From Planctomycetales bacterium (lineage in GTDB: Bacteria > Planctomycetota > Planctomycetia > Pirellulales > S012-138), in NCBI GenBank assembly GCA_015488215.1, contig WFOE01000064.1, forward strand, positions 1-63,599: DNA of 63,599 bases, in the 5' to 3' direction. Below are positions 26,370 to 35,945 of the stretch, piece by piece (positions within the stretch are counted from its first letter, which is position 1; each line of letters opens with the position of its first letter). A model generated the notes under the pieces. The model searched no databases. It saw only the letters and a program-made list of their open reading frames with translations, and had not been told where the DNA came from. The translations under genes were made by a program, and so were the position numbers.

Positions 26370-26390
26370 GACACAAGACAGGATATAGCG

Positions 26391-27086
26391 ATGGACTGCC
26401 CTACGATCCAGAACCGGATGCACGAGTTGCTGGATGGGCGACGGCGGCCAGAGGACGACCACCTGGTGGCCGAACACTGCCGTAGTTGTCCGGCTTGTGC
26501 CGAACAAATGGAACTGCTCAAGCAGTTGGAAGCGACGGTGCGGGCGTTGCCTCGGCCCGAGCCGCCGGAGGACCTGCCCGAGCGCATCCTCCACCGGGTA
26601 CGGGCCGACCGGACCGAAGCGACCGCTACCCAGTCGGGAGCTTCCGCCCGGCGACGTTGGGACGGGGTGGTACTGGCCGCCGCAGTGGCCCTGGGAGTGT
26701 TGGTCATGGTGGCGGTGGACTCCCTGTGGCCTCGGCCGGAGAGTCCCCTCCCCGTGGTGGTAGTCGAGCAAGACCAGGGGCCGCTAGGAGCCGGACGGAA
26801 GGATTCGCTTGCTCCGATAAAGCGCCAGTTGCAGGAAAATCTGGAGCAGTTGATGGCCGAAACCCGACTCGACTTGCAACAGGCCCAAGCCCTGTTGCCT
26901 GAAGGCGGCTCGGTTTCCATACAGACTCCGCCGGTGGGAGCCGAGGTGCTTTCTCCTGTGACCGAATTGGTGCGCCCCTTACAACCGGTGGCAAGCGATA
27001 CGTTTTCCACGCTGGGGGCGTTCTGGAGCCGGGTGACGGAAGTCCCCTCGCAGGAGCCCTCGGCCCCTGAACCCGACCCCGGCTAA
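26391..27086 (+). CDS. Anti-sigma factor, zf-HC2-like with single TM
   Basis: N-terminal H-x3-C-x2-C-type motif (AEHCRSCPAC). TM segment VVLAAAVALGVLVMVAV. Starts 21 nt after the sigma gene. Confidence 0.7.
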   Translation: MDCPTIQNRMHELLDGRRRPEDDHLVAEHCRSCPACAEQMELLKQLEATVRALPRPEPPEDLPERILHRVRADRTEATATQSGASARRRWDGVVLAAAVALGVLVMVAVDSLWPRPESPLPVVVVEQDQGPLGAGRKDSLAPIKRQLQENLEQLMAETRLDLQQAQALLPEGGSVSIQTPPVGAEVLSPVTELVRPLQPVASDTFSTLGAFWSRVTEVPSQEPSAPEPDPG

Positions 27087-29063
27087 GTGCCCCCAAGCCC
27101 CCGCGCCGCACTATCCCCGGCAGTGACGAACGTGTTCCTTCCAGGCGACAGCAATCCGGTGATCCGCTTCGGTTTCCTGTTCTGGCGTTTTTCCCGCACC
27201 TGTGTCCTGCCGCCGCATCGGGGCAGGAGACGGGTCAGTTTGTCTCTGCTGTTAGTTGTCGCCGTCCTGGCCCCCCTGCCGAAACTAGCGGCGGCTGAGT
27301 TTCCGGAGCCTTACCACTGGCTCGACGACCAGGTGGGCGTGGTGGTGGAGCTGGAGCAACCGGCCCCGACGCTCCGCCGCTTCATCCAGGGGCCGCTGGG
27401 GCGAAGAATTGCCCAACTCCCTCCGGTGCGCCGCTGGTGGACCCGGCAACGCGGCTCGGTCCAGGCCGCGTTCGAGCAGGTGGCTCGGCAGTTGGGCTTT
27501 ACGCCTCGGGAACTGGAACAACTCGCCCTGCAGCGGCGAATGGTGCTTGCGCTCTGGCCCCCAGAGAGGCCCGGTGCGGACGGCAAACTGCTGCTGGTGG
27601 TGGACTGCGGCCGGGAAGAACACGCCGAGCGATTGAGCCGGGGCTTACGTCGGCTGTTCCACGAAGAGATGTCGGCCTGGACCCACGTTGCCCACGGCCA
27701 GCACAACTACTGGCTTTACCAACAGTCGGGCGGCAAGGACACCCCCGGCGAGACGACCATCGTAGGCACGCTGGGCCCCTATCTGGCCGTGGCCAACGAC
27801 GAGGAAATCTACCGGCAAACCCTGGCACAGTTCACCGCACGGGGAGAAGGCTCGCTGGCGCTGGACGCCTCGTTTCGTCAGGCCCGGCAGCAGCGGCTTC
27901 CTCGGACCCTGGCCTGGGTGTTTGTGAACCTGCCGGTTTGGGAGCAGAGTATCCGTCAGGGACAGCAGCTTCCTCGCCCGGGCGACTACGGCGCTACGGA
28001 CGAAGACGTGCTGCAAATCTGGCCCGCGCTGCGCTATCTGGCCTTGGGCCTGCGGGCCGAAGAACACCTAGTCTGCTACGGGCAGTTGGCCTACCGGCGC
28101 GACCGCCTGCCTCCGATGCTGGCTCGGAGGTTGCAAGCCCTGGAAGGCGCCGGCCCGGACTTTGCCCGTTTGCCCCAAGAAGTGATTGCCGCTGCCAGCT
28201 TCCACTTGGATTTGCACCGGTTGTTGCAAGTGGCGTTTCAAGAGAGCGACCTTCGCCGGGCGAAAGCTGCTCGTCGAAGCGGTTCCGATGCCGCCATCCC
28301 GATCCCGGAGCAAGCCGAAGAGTCCGTCCCTGCGGCTGTCAGGGCGGGCTTGCTGGCTGCTGCTTCGCTGCTGCGGCCCAGCCAGAGGGTGGCTCTGCTG
28401 GCCTACCACGATGAGCAAGGGGTGCTGCGATTGGGCTGGGTGGCTGTCCTGGGGCTGAAACGCCGCTGGGCCGGGAACAACCCCACCGGCTCTCCGGCGC
28501 AAGCCCTGGAAGAAGTACTGCCCGGACTGGCTTCGCTGTTCGGTTCACTGGCTCTGGGGCGCAAAGTGGTCTATCGGGCCAGTCCCGCTGCGGAAGGTCC
28601 CCGGCTGTTGCGACCTGCAGCTCCGCAAGGGACGCCCCCACTGCCGGAAGAAGAGCCCCTGCCGGTTTTCGCCGTGGCGAGGGATTCCCTCTGGGCGGCA
28701 AGCGCCGCCGAAGCACTACGCCGCTGTTGGAACTCCCCGGGGGGCGCTTCGCTGGACGACCACGCCTGCTGGCGGGAACTGCAACCGGCCGTGCCAAAGC
28801 CGCACCACCGGCTGTTTGTCTCTCTGGCGGAGCTGCGCCGCTTGTTGCAACAGCGGCCCGAAGCCGTGCCGGAACTGTTCGAGCCGGAAAAAAAGCACGA
28901 TCCGGCTGCAATCGCCCGAGCGGCTCGCGGCGCGGCCGAACTGCTGGCCGTGGCTGACTGCGTGGCCGCTGCGGCACAAGTTACCGCCCGGGAAATCCGA
29001 TTCGCTCTGGGCGTCTTTGTCCAAAAACAGCCGCAAGCGGCAACGCTGGCTCCTGGGCAGTAG
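27087..29063 (+). CDS. Large hypothetical exported/anchored protein co-transcribed with the ECF pair
   Basis: GTG at 27087 directly abuts the anti-sigma TAA (27084-27086). Hydrophobic LSLLLVVAVLAPLPKLAAA. The start is uncertain. No domain recognised with confidence. Confidence 0.6.
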   Translation: MPPSPRAALSPAVTNVFLPGDSNPVIRFGFLFWRFSRTCVLPPHRGRRRVSLSLLLVVAVLAPLPKLAAAEFPEPYHWLDDQVGVVVELEQPAPTLRRFIQGPLGRRIAQLPPVRRWWTRQRGSVQAAFEQVARQLGFTPRELEQLALQRRMVLALWPPERPGADGKLLLVVDCGREEHAERLSRGLRRLFHEEMSAWTHVAHGQHNYWLYQQSGGKDTPGETTIVGTLGPYLAVANDEEIYRQTLAQFTARGEGSLALDASFRQARQQRLPRTLAWVFVNLPVWEQSIRQGQQLPRPGDYGATDEDVLQIWPALRYLALGLRAEEHLVCYGQLAYRRDRLPPMLARRLQALEGAGPDFARLPQEVIAAASFHLDLHRLLQVAFQESDLRRAKAARRSGSDAAIPIPEQAEESVPAAVRAGLLAAASLLRPSQRVALLAYHDEQGVLRLGWVAVLGLKRRWAGNNPTGSPAQALEEVLPGLASLFGSLALGRKVVYRASPAAEGPRLLRPAAPQGTPPLPEEEPLPVFAVARDSLWAASAAEALRRCWNSPGGASLDDHACWRELQPAVPKPHHRLFVSLAELRRLLQQRPEAVPELFEPEKKHDPAAIARAARGAAELLAVADCVAAAAQVTAREIRFALGVFVQKQPQAATLAPGQ

Positions 29064-29162
29064 CATCGGGACCCGCTTGTGCTGCGGGCAAGTGCCCCGT
29101 CTCCTCTTTGCCACGACGCGGTTGCTTGCCCGGGATACGCATTGGTTTCCCGCGGTACGATT

Positions 29163-31157
29163 TCACTTCGCCTGCTGGGCTAACTGCCGCCAGGAGACTT
29201 TGCGGCGGCGACAAGGGGGCAGCGAGTTGAGAAACACCCGCCCGTAACGCTTGGTGACAATCCGCGGGTCCAGCACCACGACGCGACCGGTGTCCTGCCG
29301 CGTGCGAATTAGCCGCCCGAACCCTTGTTTGAGCTTCAGCGCCGCCTCGGGCACCTGGAACTCCATGAACGGGTTGCCGCCTCGGTTGCGGATGGCTTCG
29401 ATGCGGGCCTCCACCAACGGCTGGTCCGGCACCCGAAACGGCAACCGGGTGATGATGACGGTTTGCAGGGCGTCGCCGGGAACGTCCACTCCCTGCCAGA
29501 AGCTGTCGGTGCCCAAGAGCACGCCGCGAGGGTTGTCCTTGAACTGCTGCAACAGCCGGTCCCGAGGCACGTCCCGCCCCTGGGTGTAGAGGGCCAGATT
29601 GTTTCGGGCAAGCCAGGGCATCAGCGCCTGTTCCACCTGGCGAAGCATCGAGTAGCTGGTAAATAGCACAAACGTGCGCCCCTGGCTCTGCTCCACGTAA
29701 TACTGGATTACGTCCACGGCGGCCGGGAGGAACGCTTCCGTATCCTGGGGATCGGGCATGTCGTGCACCAGCACCAGCTCGGCCTGGCGAGCGTAATCGA
29801 AGGGGCTGCCCAGGCACAGCGTGCGGCATTGAGGCAACCCGACCCGGGTGCGGAAAAACTCGAAGTGTTCGTCGCCGTCCACAGCCAGCGTGGCACTGGC
29901 AAGAATGACGCTGCGCACCTGGTCGAAAAGCAGCTCGCGCAGTTGCGGTCCCACGTCAAGCGGCGCCGCCTGGAGTTCCACCCGAGGGCGGCGGCCCGAG
30001 CCCACTTCCACCCAGTACACCGCATCGGGCTCTTCCTGGGCGAGCCAGCGATGCAGCTCGGCAGCCAGGGCTTGCAGGCGACCGGCCGCAGAGATGAAAT
30101 CGGTCCGCTGGTCTTCGTCCTCCAAACGGTTGCCGTGGCGGCGCACGGTCTGGGCCAGGTCCTCCAACTGGCCGACCAGGTCCGGCTTCAGGTCCAGCGG
30201 TTCGTCCACGCGTCCGTTTCCCCGTTGTTCCTGATGCCAGCGGCGGACGGCCTGGAAGAACTCCCCGGCCACGTCTCGGCAGGTGTTCACCTGGCGCATG
30301 GCATCTTTCAGCTCGTGTACGGCCAACAGTCCCCGGCCGGTGTGCTCGTTAAATAATCGCCCCAGGGCGTATTGCACCTGCCCGCTGGTGACCTGGATGC
30401 CCAAGTGGCTGCTGGCTACCGCTTCGATGGTGTGGGCTTCGTCCAGCACCACCACGTCGTAGTCCGGCAGGAGAGACCAGCCTTCGCGGCGGGCAGCCAG
30501 GTCCGAAAACAGCAGGGCGTGGTTGACCACCAGCAGTTGGGCGTGCTGCATTCGCCGCCTGGCCCGAAAGTAGAAACACTGCTTGAAGTGCCGGCACTGG
30601 CTCGCCCGGCAGTTGCCCGAATCGCTCTGCACTTCGTCCCACACCTGCGGCAGTACGGCAAAGGGCAGGTCGCTCAACGAGCCGTCGGCCGTATGGGCCG
30701 ACCAGTTGCGCACCTGTTGGAGTTGCTCGATTTCTTCCTGGTCGCTGAACAAACCGAACCCGCGGTTCAACGCCAGCTCCATCCGCCGGAGGCTCAGATA
30801 GTTGCTCCGTCCCTTGGCCAGCACGGCCGAAAACTCGACCGGCATCACCGCGTTGAGAAACGGAATGTCCTTGCCTATCAACTGCTCCTGGAGGTTGATC
30901 GTGTGGGTGGAGACGAGCACCCGGACCGACTGGCCCAAGTGTTCCTGGGTTTCCGGGTCCGCAGCGGCCAGGATGCAGGGCACCAGGTAGGCGAAGCTCT
31001 TGCCCACGCCGGTGCCGGCTTCGACGACCAGGTGTTCCCCGGCCAGAATCGCCTCCAGCACGGCTTCGGCCATCTGGAGCTGTTGAGGGCGATGTTCGTA
31101 CTGGGGCAACCGCCGGGCCACCGTGCCCTGAGGGCCGAGGATGTCACAAGGCTGCAT
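29163..31157 (-). CDS. dinG: DinG/Rad3-family ATP-dependent helicase
   Basis: Walker A AGTGVGKSFAY, DEAH box (VVLDEAH), a Cys cluster (CRASQCRHFKQC) in the Fe-S position, and a C-terminal helicase domain. Confidence 0.85.
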   Translation of the reverse strand: MQPCDILGPQGTVARRLPQYEHRPQQLQMAEAVLEAILAGEHLVVEAGTGVGKSFAYLVPCILAAADPETQEHLGQSVRVLVSTHTINLQEQLIGKDIPFLNAVMPVEFSAVLAKGRSNYLSLRRMELALNRGFGLFSDQEEIEQLQQVRNWSAHTADGSLSDLPFAVLPQVWDEVQSDSGNCRASQCRHFKQCFYFRARRRMQHAQLLVVNHALLFSDLAARREGWSLLPDYDVVVLDEAHTIEAVASSHLGIQVTSGQVQYALGRLFNEHTGRGLLAVHELKDAMRQVNTCRDVAGEFFQAVRRWHQEQRGNGRVDEPLDLKPDLVGQLEDLAQTVRRHGNRLEDEDQRTDFISAAGRLQALAAELHRWLAQEEPDAVYWVEVGSGRRPRVELQAAPLDVGPQLRELLFDQVRSVILASATLAVDGDEHFEFFRTRVGLPQCRTLCLGSPFDYARQAELVLVHDMPDPQDTEAFLPAAVDVIQYYVEQSQGRTFVLFTSYSMLRQVEQALMPWLARNNLALYTQGRDVPRDRLLQQFKDNPRGVLLGTDSFWQGVDVPGDALQTVIITRLPFRVPDQPLVEARIEAIRNRGGNPFMEFQVPEAALKLKQGFGRLIRTRQDTGRVVVLDPRIVTKRYGRVFLNSLPPCRRRKVSWRQLAQQAK

Positions 31158-31335
31158 GGGAACTTGCTTGCCAGAGAGAACACGTACTTGCCGACCACAC
31201 CGCGCTGATCAGGCACCCCGGCCATCCGAAGCGGCGTGCCGCAATCTTCTGACCAGCCCTGTTCATTGTCGGCCCTTGGCCGCCAGAGGCAAGGCTTGCC
31301 AACTTCTACGAATTAGCGTTTGTTCTTGAACGGGA

Positions 31336-31445
31336 ACGGAAGCTCCCTGCGCAAGCCGCACGGCGCAAGCCGCAAGCCGATTCGCGCCCGGTGCGGAAGC
31401 ACCAGCTCAAGACACAAGACCCAAGACGCAAGACCTCTCTACGTG
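31336..31445 (+). repeat. Intergenic repeat, family R1, copy a (4 x CAAGACN)
   Basis: GGAAGCTCC..GCGCAAGCCGCACGGCGCAAGCCGCAAGCCGATTC..GGTGCGGAAGCACC..CTCAAGACACAAGACCCAAGACGCAAGACCTCTCTACG. Confidence 0.8.
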
Positions 31446-31501
31446 GCGGCTTGCCGGTGGGCAGTGCCTTCGCAAGTACTCAGGAACCAGCGGCTGCCTG
31501 C

Positions 31502-32962
31502 TCAGCGGATTTGCTTGGGCGGCTTCTGGCCCTTGGGCACAAAGCTGAAGTATTTCCGCCCCTGGGTCCGGCGGGCAAAGTCCTCCTTGGCCGCTACGAT
31601 CCAGCGGGGCTGCTCGAACAGGTCCAGGGCCGTGACGGCGAACACCTTGGCCGCGTAAAGCAGGCCCTTCTCGCCAATGGATGATCCGATTGCCGCCACG
31701 TTTTGCCAACTGTGTCCGGGACTGCCCACGGGCATGCAGGCGGTGCGGAACCCCCCGGTGGGAACGTGCCAACTGATATCGCCCACGTCGGTCGATCCCT
31801 TGCTGGGCTTCGGGTTGGCCTGGAGCGGGTCCACCTGTTCGTGCAGTGCCAGGGCGAACCGCTTGCCGAACTCCTGCACCAGCGGTTCCTGAAGCCTGCG
31901 GGCAAAGAGCTTTTCTTCGGCGGTGAACTTCGGCGGTCCCAGGCGGACCATGTTGCGATGGATCAGCTCGCTCAAGGGACGGTTGGGGATGATCTCGTGG
32001 CAGTCGGTGTCCACCTGGATTTCCAGCCGGGTGCGGGTCATCATGGCCGCTCCTTTGGCCACGTCTTGCAGCCAGCGGAAATTGTACTCCACGTCCTCGT
32101 GCCGGTCGGCCCGCACGAAGTACCAGACCGTGGCCTTGGGCGGCACCACATTGGGGGCTCCGCCGCCGTCGATAATCACGTAGTGCAGCCGGGCGTCCTC
32201 TTTCAGGTGTTCCCGCATGTAGTTGGCTCCCACGTTCATCAGCTCCACGGCGTCCAGGGCGCTTCGGCCCGCCTCGGGGCTGACGGAAGCATGGGCCGGC
32301 AGCCCGTAAAACGTGAACTTGGCCGACACCAGCGCCTTGGAACTGCCATCCCAGACCCCGTTGGCCGTGCTCGGGTGCCAGTGCAGGCACACATCCAGGT
32401 CGTTAAACACGCCGGCCAGGGTCATATAGACCTTGCCGATCCCGGTTTCCTCGGCTGGGGTGCCATACAGCCGTAGCGTGCCGCGAATCTGGTGTTTCTG
32501 CATGGCTTCTTTGATGGCCAGGGCGGCTCCCACGGCCGCGGTGCCCAAGGCACTATGGCCGCAGGCGTGACCCGGGGCCCCCGGCCGCAAGGGTTCGCGG
32601 CGCGGGGCCACTTTCTGGCTCATGCCCGGCAGCGCGTCGTACTCGGCCAGGATGCCAATGATCGGACGGCCCGAGCCCCACTCGGCCACGAACGCCGTCG
32701 GCATGCTGGCCACGCCGCGGGTGACTTTGAACCCGGCTCGTTCCAGCCGATCGGCCAGCAGCTTGGAAGAGCGGTGTTCTTGCAGTCCCAGTTCGGCCCA
32801 TTGCCAGATGGAGCGGTTCATCTCTTTCAGCTCGTCGGCAAGCTGCTCCACCTGGGCGATGGCCGTCTGTTGCGAAGGCCGAAACCCCTGGGCTTGGGCC
32901 GCCCCGTGCCCCAGAACCGCAAAGACGAGAGCCGGTATCGTCATCGCCAGCGGACGCAGCAT
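31502..32962 (-). CDS. Exported M20-family amidohydrolase (AbgB-like)
   Basis: ATG at 32962 preceded by AAGGAG. Signal peptide MLRPLAMTIPALVFAVLGHGAAQA. M20 metal-site context (HACGHS, GTPAEE). Confidence 0.85.
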   Translation of the reverse strand: MLRPLAMTIPALVFAVLGHGAAQAQGFRPSQQTAIAQVEQLADELKEMNRSIWQWAELGLQEHRSSKLLADRLERAGFKVTRGVASMPTAFVAEWGSGRPIIGILAEYDALPGMSQKVAPRREPLRPGAPGHACGHSALGTAAVGAALAIKEAMQKHQIRGTLRLYGTPAEETGIGKVYMTLAGVFNDLDVCLHWHPSTANGVWDGSSKALVSAKFTFYGLPAHASVSPEAGRSALDAVELMNVGANYMREHLKEDARLHYVIIDGGGAPNVVPPKATVWYFVRADRHEDVEYNFRWLQDVAKGAAMMTRTRLEIQVDTDCHEIIPNRPLSELIHRNMVRLGPPKFTAEEKLFARRLQEPLVQEFGKRFALALHEQVDPLQANPKPSKGSTDVGDISWHVPTGGFRTACMPVGSPGHSWQNVAAIGSSIGEKGLLYAAKVFAVTALDLFEQPRWIVAAKEDFARRTQGRKYFSFVPKGQKPPKQIR

Positions 32963-33305
32963 CGAAAGACTCCTTAGTTGTTTGGACCGAAACGCAACCG
33001 GAGGGAAACCTTCGCTCCCATTGTGGTATTGCCCATCGCAGGACGCAAACCGGAGAGTGGGCCTGGTGGGAGCGGCGTTGCCCGGGTGTCAGGCCGCTCT
33101 CCGCTGAAGGGTCGCACCGGCTGGTTTTCTCCACGATTCCATGCTGGTTTCGGGGAGCTTGGTTTATGCCAGCTCTTGCTGATTTTAGAAGGGTTGGCTC
33201 GGCCGGGCCGTTCCAGGGGGTACAATAAAAAAGAGCAATCGTTCCGATTTGCCTTCGCAGGGCGAAGGACGCTTTTCCTAGGCAGCAGCACGGCCCGAGC
33301 CAACG

Positions 33306-35924
33306 ATGACCGCCCGAGGAAGCCGCCTGGTGGACTTCTACTTCCGGATCGATCTGCGCTCCCTGGGCGCGTTCCGCATCGCGGTGGGGCTGTTGCTGCT
33401 GGCCAACTGGTGTGTGCAGTGGTCGTGGCTCGATACGCTCTACACCGACCAGGGCGTGCTCTCCTGCGATATGCTCCGTGAGGCCAACGGCCGCATGTCG
33501 CCGTTTTTCCTCACGCCGCTGGTCTGGATCGACCACTGGCCCTGGGCCATGCGGGCGTTTTTTCTGTTCGCTCTGGTTTGTTACCTGGCGCTGCTATTGG
33601 GTTGGCGCACGCGGTTGTTCACCGTGCTATCGCTGGTTTGCTGGGGAGCGATTCTGAACCGCAACCCCTACACCGTGATTGGGGCTGATCGCGTGCTGGC
33701 CACCATGTTGCTGTGGAGCGTGTTTCTGCCGCTGGGAGCCCGGTTTTCCCTCGACGCCCTACGGCAAGGGCTGGCCCGTGGGATCGACCCCCAACAGCCC
33801 CATCCCGTGGGAGAACCGCTCCATCGCGCCCCGCGGCAGTCCCTCCGGCAGTTGGCCGCCTTCGGGATTGTATTGCAGATCGGGCTCATCTACTTGATGA
33901 CGGCCATTTGGAAAAGCGGCTGGACCTGGGACTCCGGGCTGGCCACCTACCTAGTGGTGCAGATCGACCAGTTTGTCTATCCGGCGGCCATCCCCCTGCG
34001 CGAGCTGCCCCTGTTCTGGCACAAAGTGCTCACCTACGGCACGCTGGCCGTGGAGTATGCCGCGCTGCCGATGATTATGTGCCCCTGGTTTCAGCCCCAC
34101 CTGCGCCGGCTGCTGATTGTAGGCTTGCTGGCCCTGCACGCAGGTATTTGGCTTACCATCGACGAGGGGTTCTTTTCCCAGACGATGGTGGCCACCTACA
34201 CGCTGTTGCTGACCCCTCGGGACTGGGAACTGCTGGCTCGGCTGTTGCGGCGGTTTTCTCGGCCCGTGACCGCCTATTACGACGACACCTGCGGCATCTG
34301 CCAACGCACCGCCGAGGTGATGACCCTGCTGGATCGGTTCGGCATGATCCGGTGGATTGGCACCACGCATCCCCGGCGGTTCGAACACGACGTGCCCCGG
34401 GAACTGATCGACAAATCGGTGGTGGTTTACGATGCCCGTGGGCGGATGCACACGCGAAGCGGCGCGTTCGTGCAGTTGGCCCGGGCGCTGCCGCTGCCTT
34501 GGCATGTGGCCTGGGTGCTTCGCCTGCCGGGACTGCGCCAGTTGGCCGATTGGGGCTACGACCTGGTGGCTCGCCACCGCCATCGCATCTCGGCCTGGCT
34601 GGGCCTGGCCGTCTGCGGCGTGCCCCCGGTGGGCGGAAAGCCGAAGCCTCGCCCCGCAGGGGAACAGCAGGAGGACGAGCAAGCCACGGCTCCGCAAGCC
34701 GCTTCGTCCTGGCGGCGTTGGAGTCGCGAGGCGCTGACGGCCGTCCTGTTCGGCTCAATCCTGCTAAGCTGCTACGAGGAAAACGTGGTGCCTGGGCTGG
34801 CCGGGCACGGGTTCGGCGGGTTTCCGTTCTGGGGCCGTTCGATCCCCAACCCGGTACTGCATTTGTTCCAGGCCCAGCAAATCTGGTACATGTTCGCCCC
34901 CGACGTGCCATTGAGCGACACCTGGTGGGTGGCTCCGGCCCGAGTGAAGGACGAACCGCAGCCCATCGACCTGCTCACAGGCCGGGTGCTGGACGAATCG
35001 CCCCCGCCGTGGTGGGAACACCGGTATCCGCGCATCTGGGGCACTTACTTGTTCTATGCCGTAGGCCACGGTCCGGTGCCGCCGGGCCATCCGGAGGAGT
35101 TTACCCGGCGGGCGTTCTGCCGCTACCTGGTTCGCCGCTACGAAGCGGAGCATCCCGGCAAACAAGTGGAAAGGCTGGAAGTTTACATCCTGTTGCGCAG
35201 CACGGCCGATGCGTTCCTGGGCCGCCCGGTGCGCCAGGGGCGGCTGCTGTTGGCCACGTGGGAGCCCACCACGCAGCGGTTCGCCCTGGGACCTGAGCAC
35301 GGTTGGGTCAAGATGTTCAACTCCCACGGCGAAGTAATCGCCGAAGGCCCGGCCGTGATGACCAACTACTTGAACGACGGCCAGTGGACCATTCAGTTGC
35401 CTGACGGTTCGGTTGAGGAGGGCCAGTACCGCAACGGAAACCGCGAAGGGGTGTGGCGGAAAACCTTTGCCGACGGAAGCTGGGCCGAAGGCGAGTTTCG
35501 CCGCGGGCAACGCGAAGGCCAGTGGAGCTTCTACTACCCGGACGGACGCCTCAAGGCCCAGGGCCGTTTTGTCAACGACGCCCGCGAAGGCGTTTGGACC
35601 CAGTGGTACCCCAGCGGCCGCCGCAGCAAGCAGTTCACCTATCGCCGGGGCGAGAAGCACGGCCCGTTCATGGCGTGGTACCCCAACGGGATGCCTCAGC
35701 AGAAGGGCCATTACCAACACGACCGCTTGCACGGTCCGTGGCAGAGCTGGTACCGCAACGGACAGCTCCAGGCCCAGGGCCAGTACCGGCACGGCAAGCG
35801 GCACGGGGTGTGGCGGTTTTGGGATTCCCAGGGCGAATCGACCGTGGAGGTGGAATACCAGGAAGGCAAAGAGTTGCGCAAAACGCTGCTTACGGCCCAG
35901 CCGGATACGGCCCCGGAACGGTAG
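33306..35924 (+). CDS. Multidomain membrane protein: HTTM (vitamin-K carboxylase-like) + DCC/DUF393 thiol-disulfide domain + MORN-variant repeats
   Basis: N-terminus: DLRSLGAFRIAVGLLLL... with multiple TMs (HTTM-like). Middle: YYDDTCGICQRTAE...IRWIG (DCC CxxC). C-terminus: 6-7 repeats of G-x-W-x-x-(W/F)Y-x-x-G (REGVWRKTF, REGQWSFYY, REGVWTQWY, HGPFMAWY, HGPWQSWY, HGVWRFW). Confidence 0.8.
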   Translation: MTARGSRLVDFYFRIDLRSLGAFRIAVGLLLLANWCVQWSWLDTLYTDQGVLSCDMLREANGRMSPFFLTPLVWIDHWPWAMRAFFLFALVCYLALLLGWRTRLFTVLSLVCWGAILNRNPYTVIGADRVLATMLLWSVFLPLGARFSLDALRQGLARGIDPQQPHPVGEPLHRAPRQSLRQLAAFGIVLQIGLIYLMTAIWKSGWTWDSGLATYLVVQIDQFVYPAAIPLRELPLFWHKVLTYGTLAVEYAALPMIMCPWFQPHLRRLLIVGLLALHAGIWLTIDEGFFSQTMVATYTLLLTPRDWELLARLLRRFSRPVTAYYDDTCGICQRTAEVMTLLDRFGMIRWIGTTHPRRFEHDVPRELIDKSVVVYDARGRMHTRSGAFVQLARALPLPWHVAWVLRLPGLRQLADWGYDLVARHRHRISAWLGLAVCGVPPVGGKPKPRPAGEQQEDEQATAPQAASSWRRWSREALTAVLFGSILLSCYEENVVPGLAGHGFGGFPFWGRSIPNPVLHLFQAQQIWYMFAPDVPLSDTWWVAPARVKDEPQPIDLLTGRVLDESPPPWWEHRYPRIWGTYLFYAVGHGPVPPGHPEEFTRRAFCRYLVRRYEAEHPGKQVERLEVYILLRSTADAFLGRPVRQGRLLLATWEPTTQRFALGPEHGWVKMFNSHGEVIAEGPAVMTNYLNDGQWTIQLPDGSVEEGQYRNGNREGVWRKTFADGSWAEGEFRRGQREGQWSFYYPDGRLKAQGRFVNDAREGVWTQWYPSGRRSKQFTYRRGEKHGPFMAWYPNGMPQQKGHYQHDRLHGPWQSWYRNGQLQAQGQYRHGKRHGVWRFWDSQGESTVEVEYQEGKELRKTLLTAQPDTAPER

Positions 35925-35945
35925 CTGGCCGCCGTTCAGTTCCCT

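Noticed and set aside
29163-31157. DinG-like helicase as part of a defence system (CasDinG-type or similar).
   Set aside because: There are no cas, nuclease or other defence-associated neighbours. The flanking genes are an M20 peptidase and an ECF-linked protein. It looks like the chromosomal DinG/Rad3 paralogue.
31401-31440. Tandem CAAGACN heptamers (and the hexamers at 52495-52524) considered as a CRISPR-like or minisatellite array.
   Set aside because: The units are 6-7 nt with no spacers, far from CRISPR geometry, and there are no cas genes. They are reported only as part of the R1 repeat.
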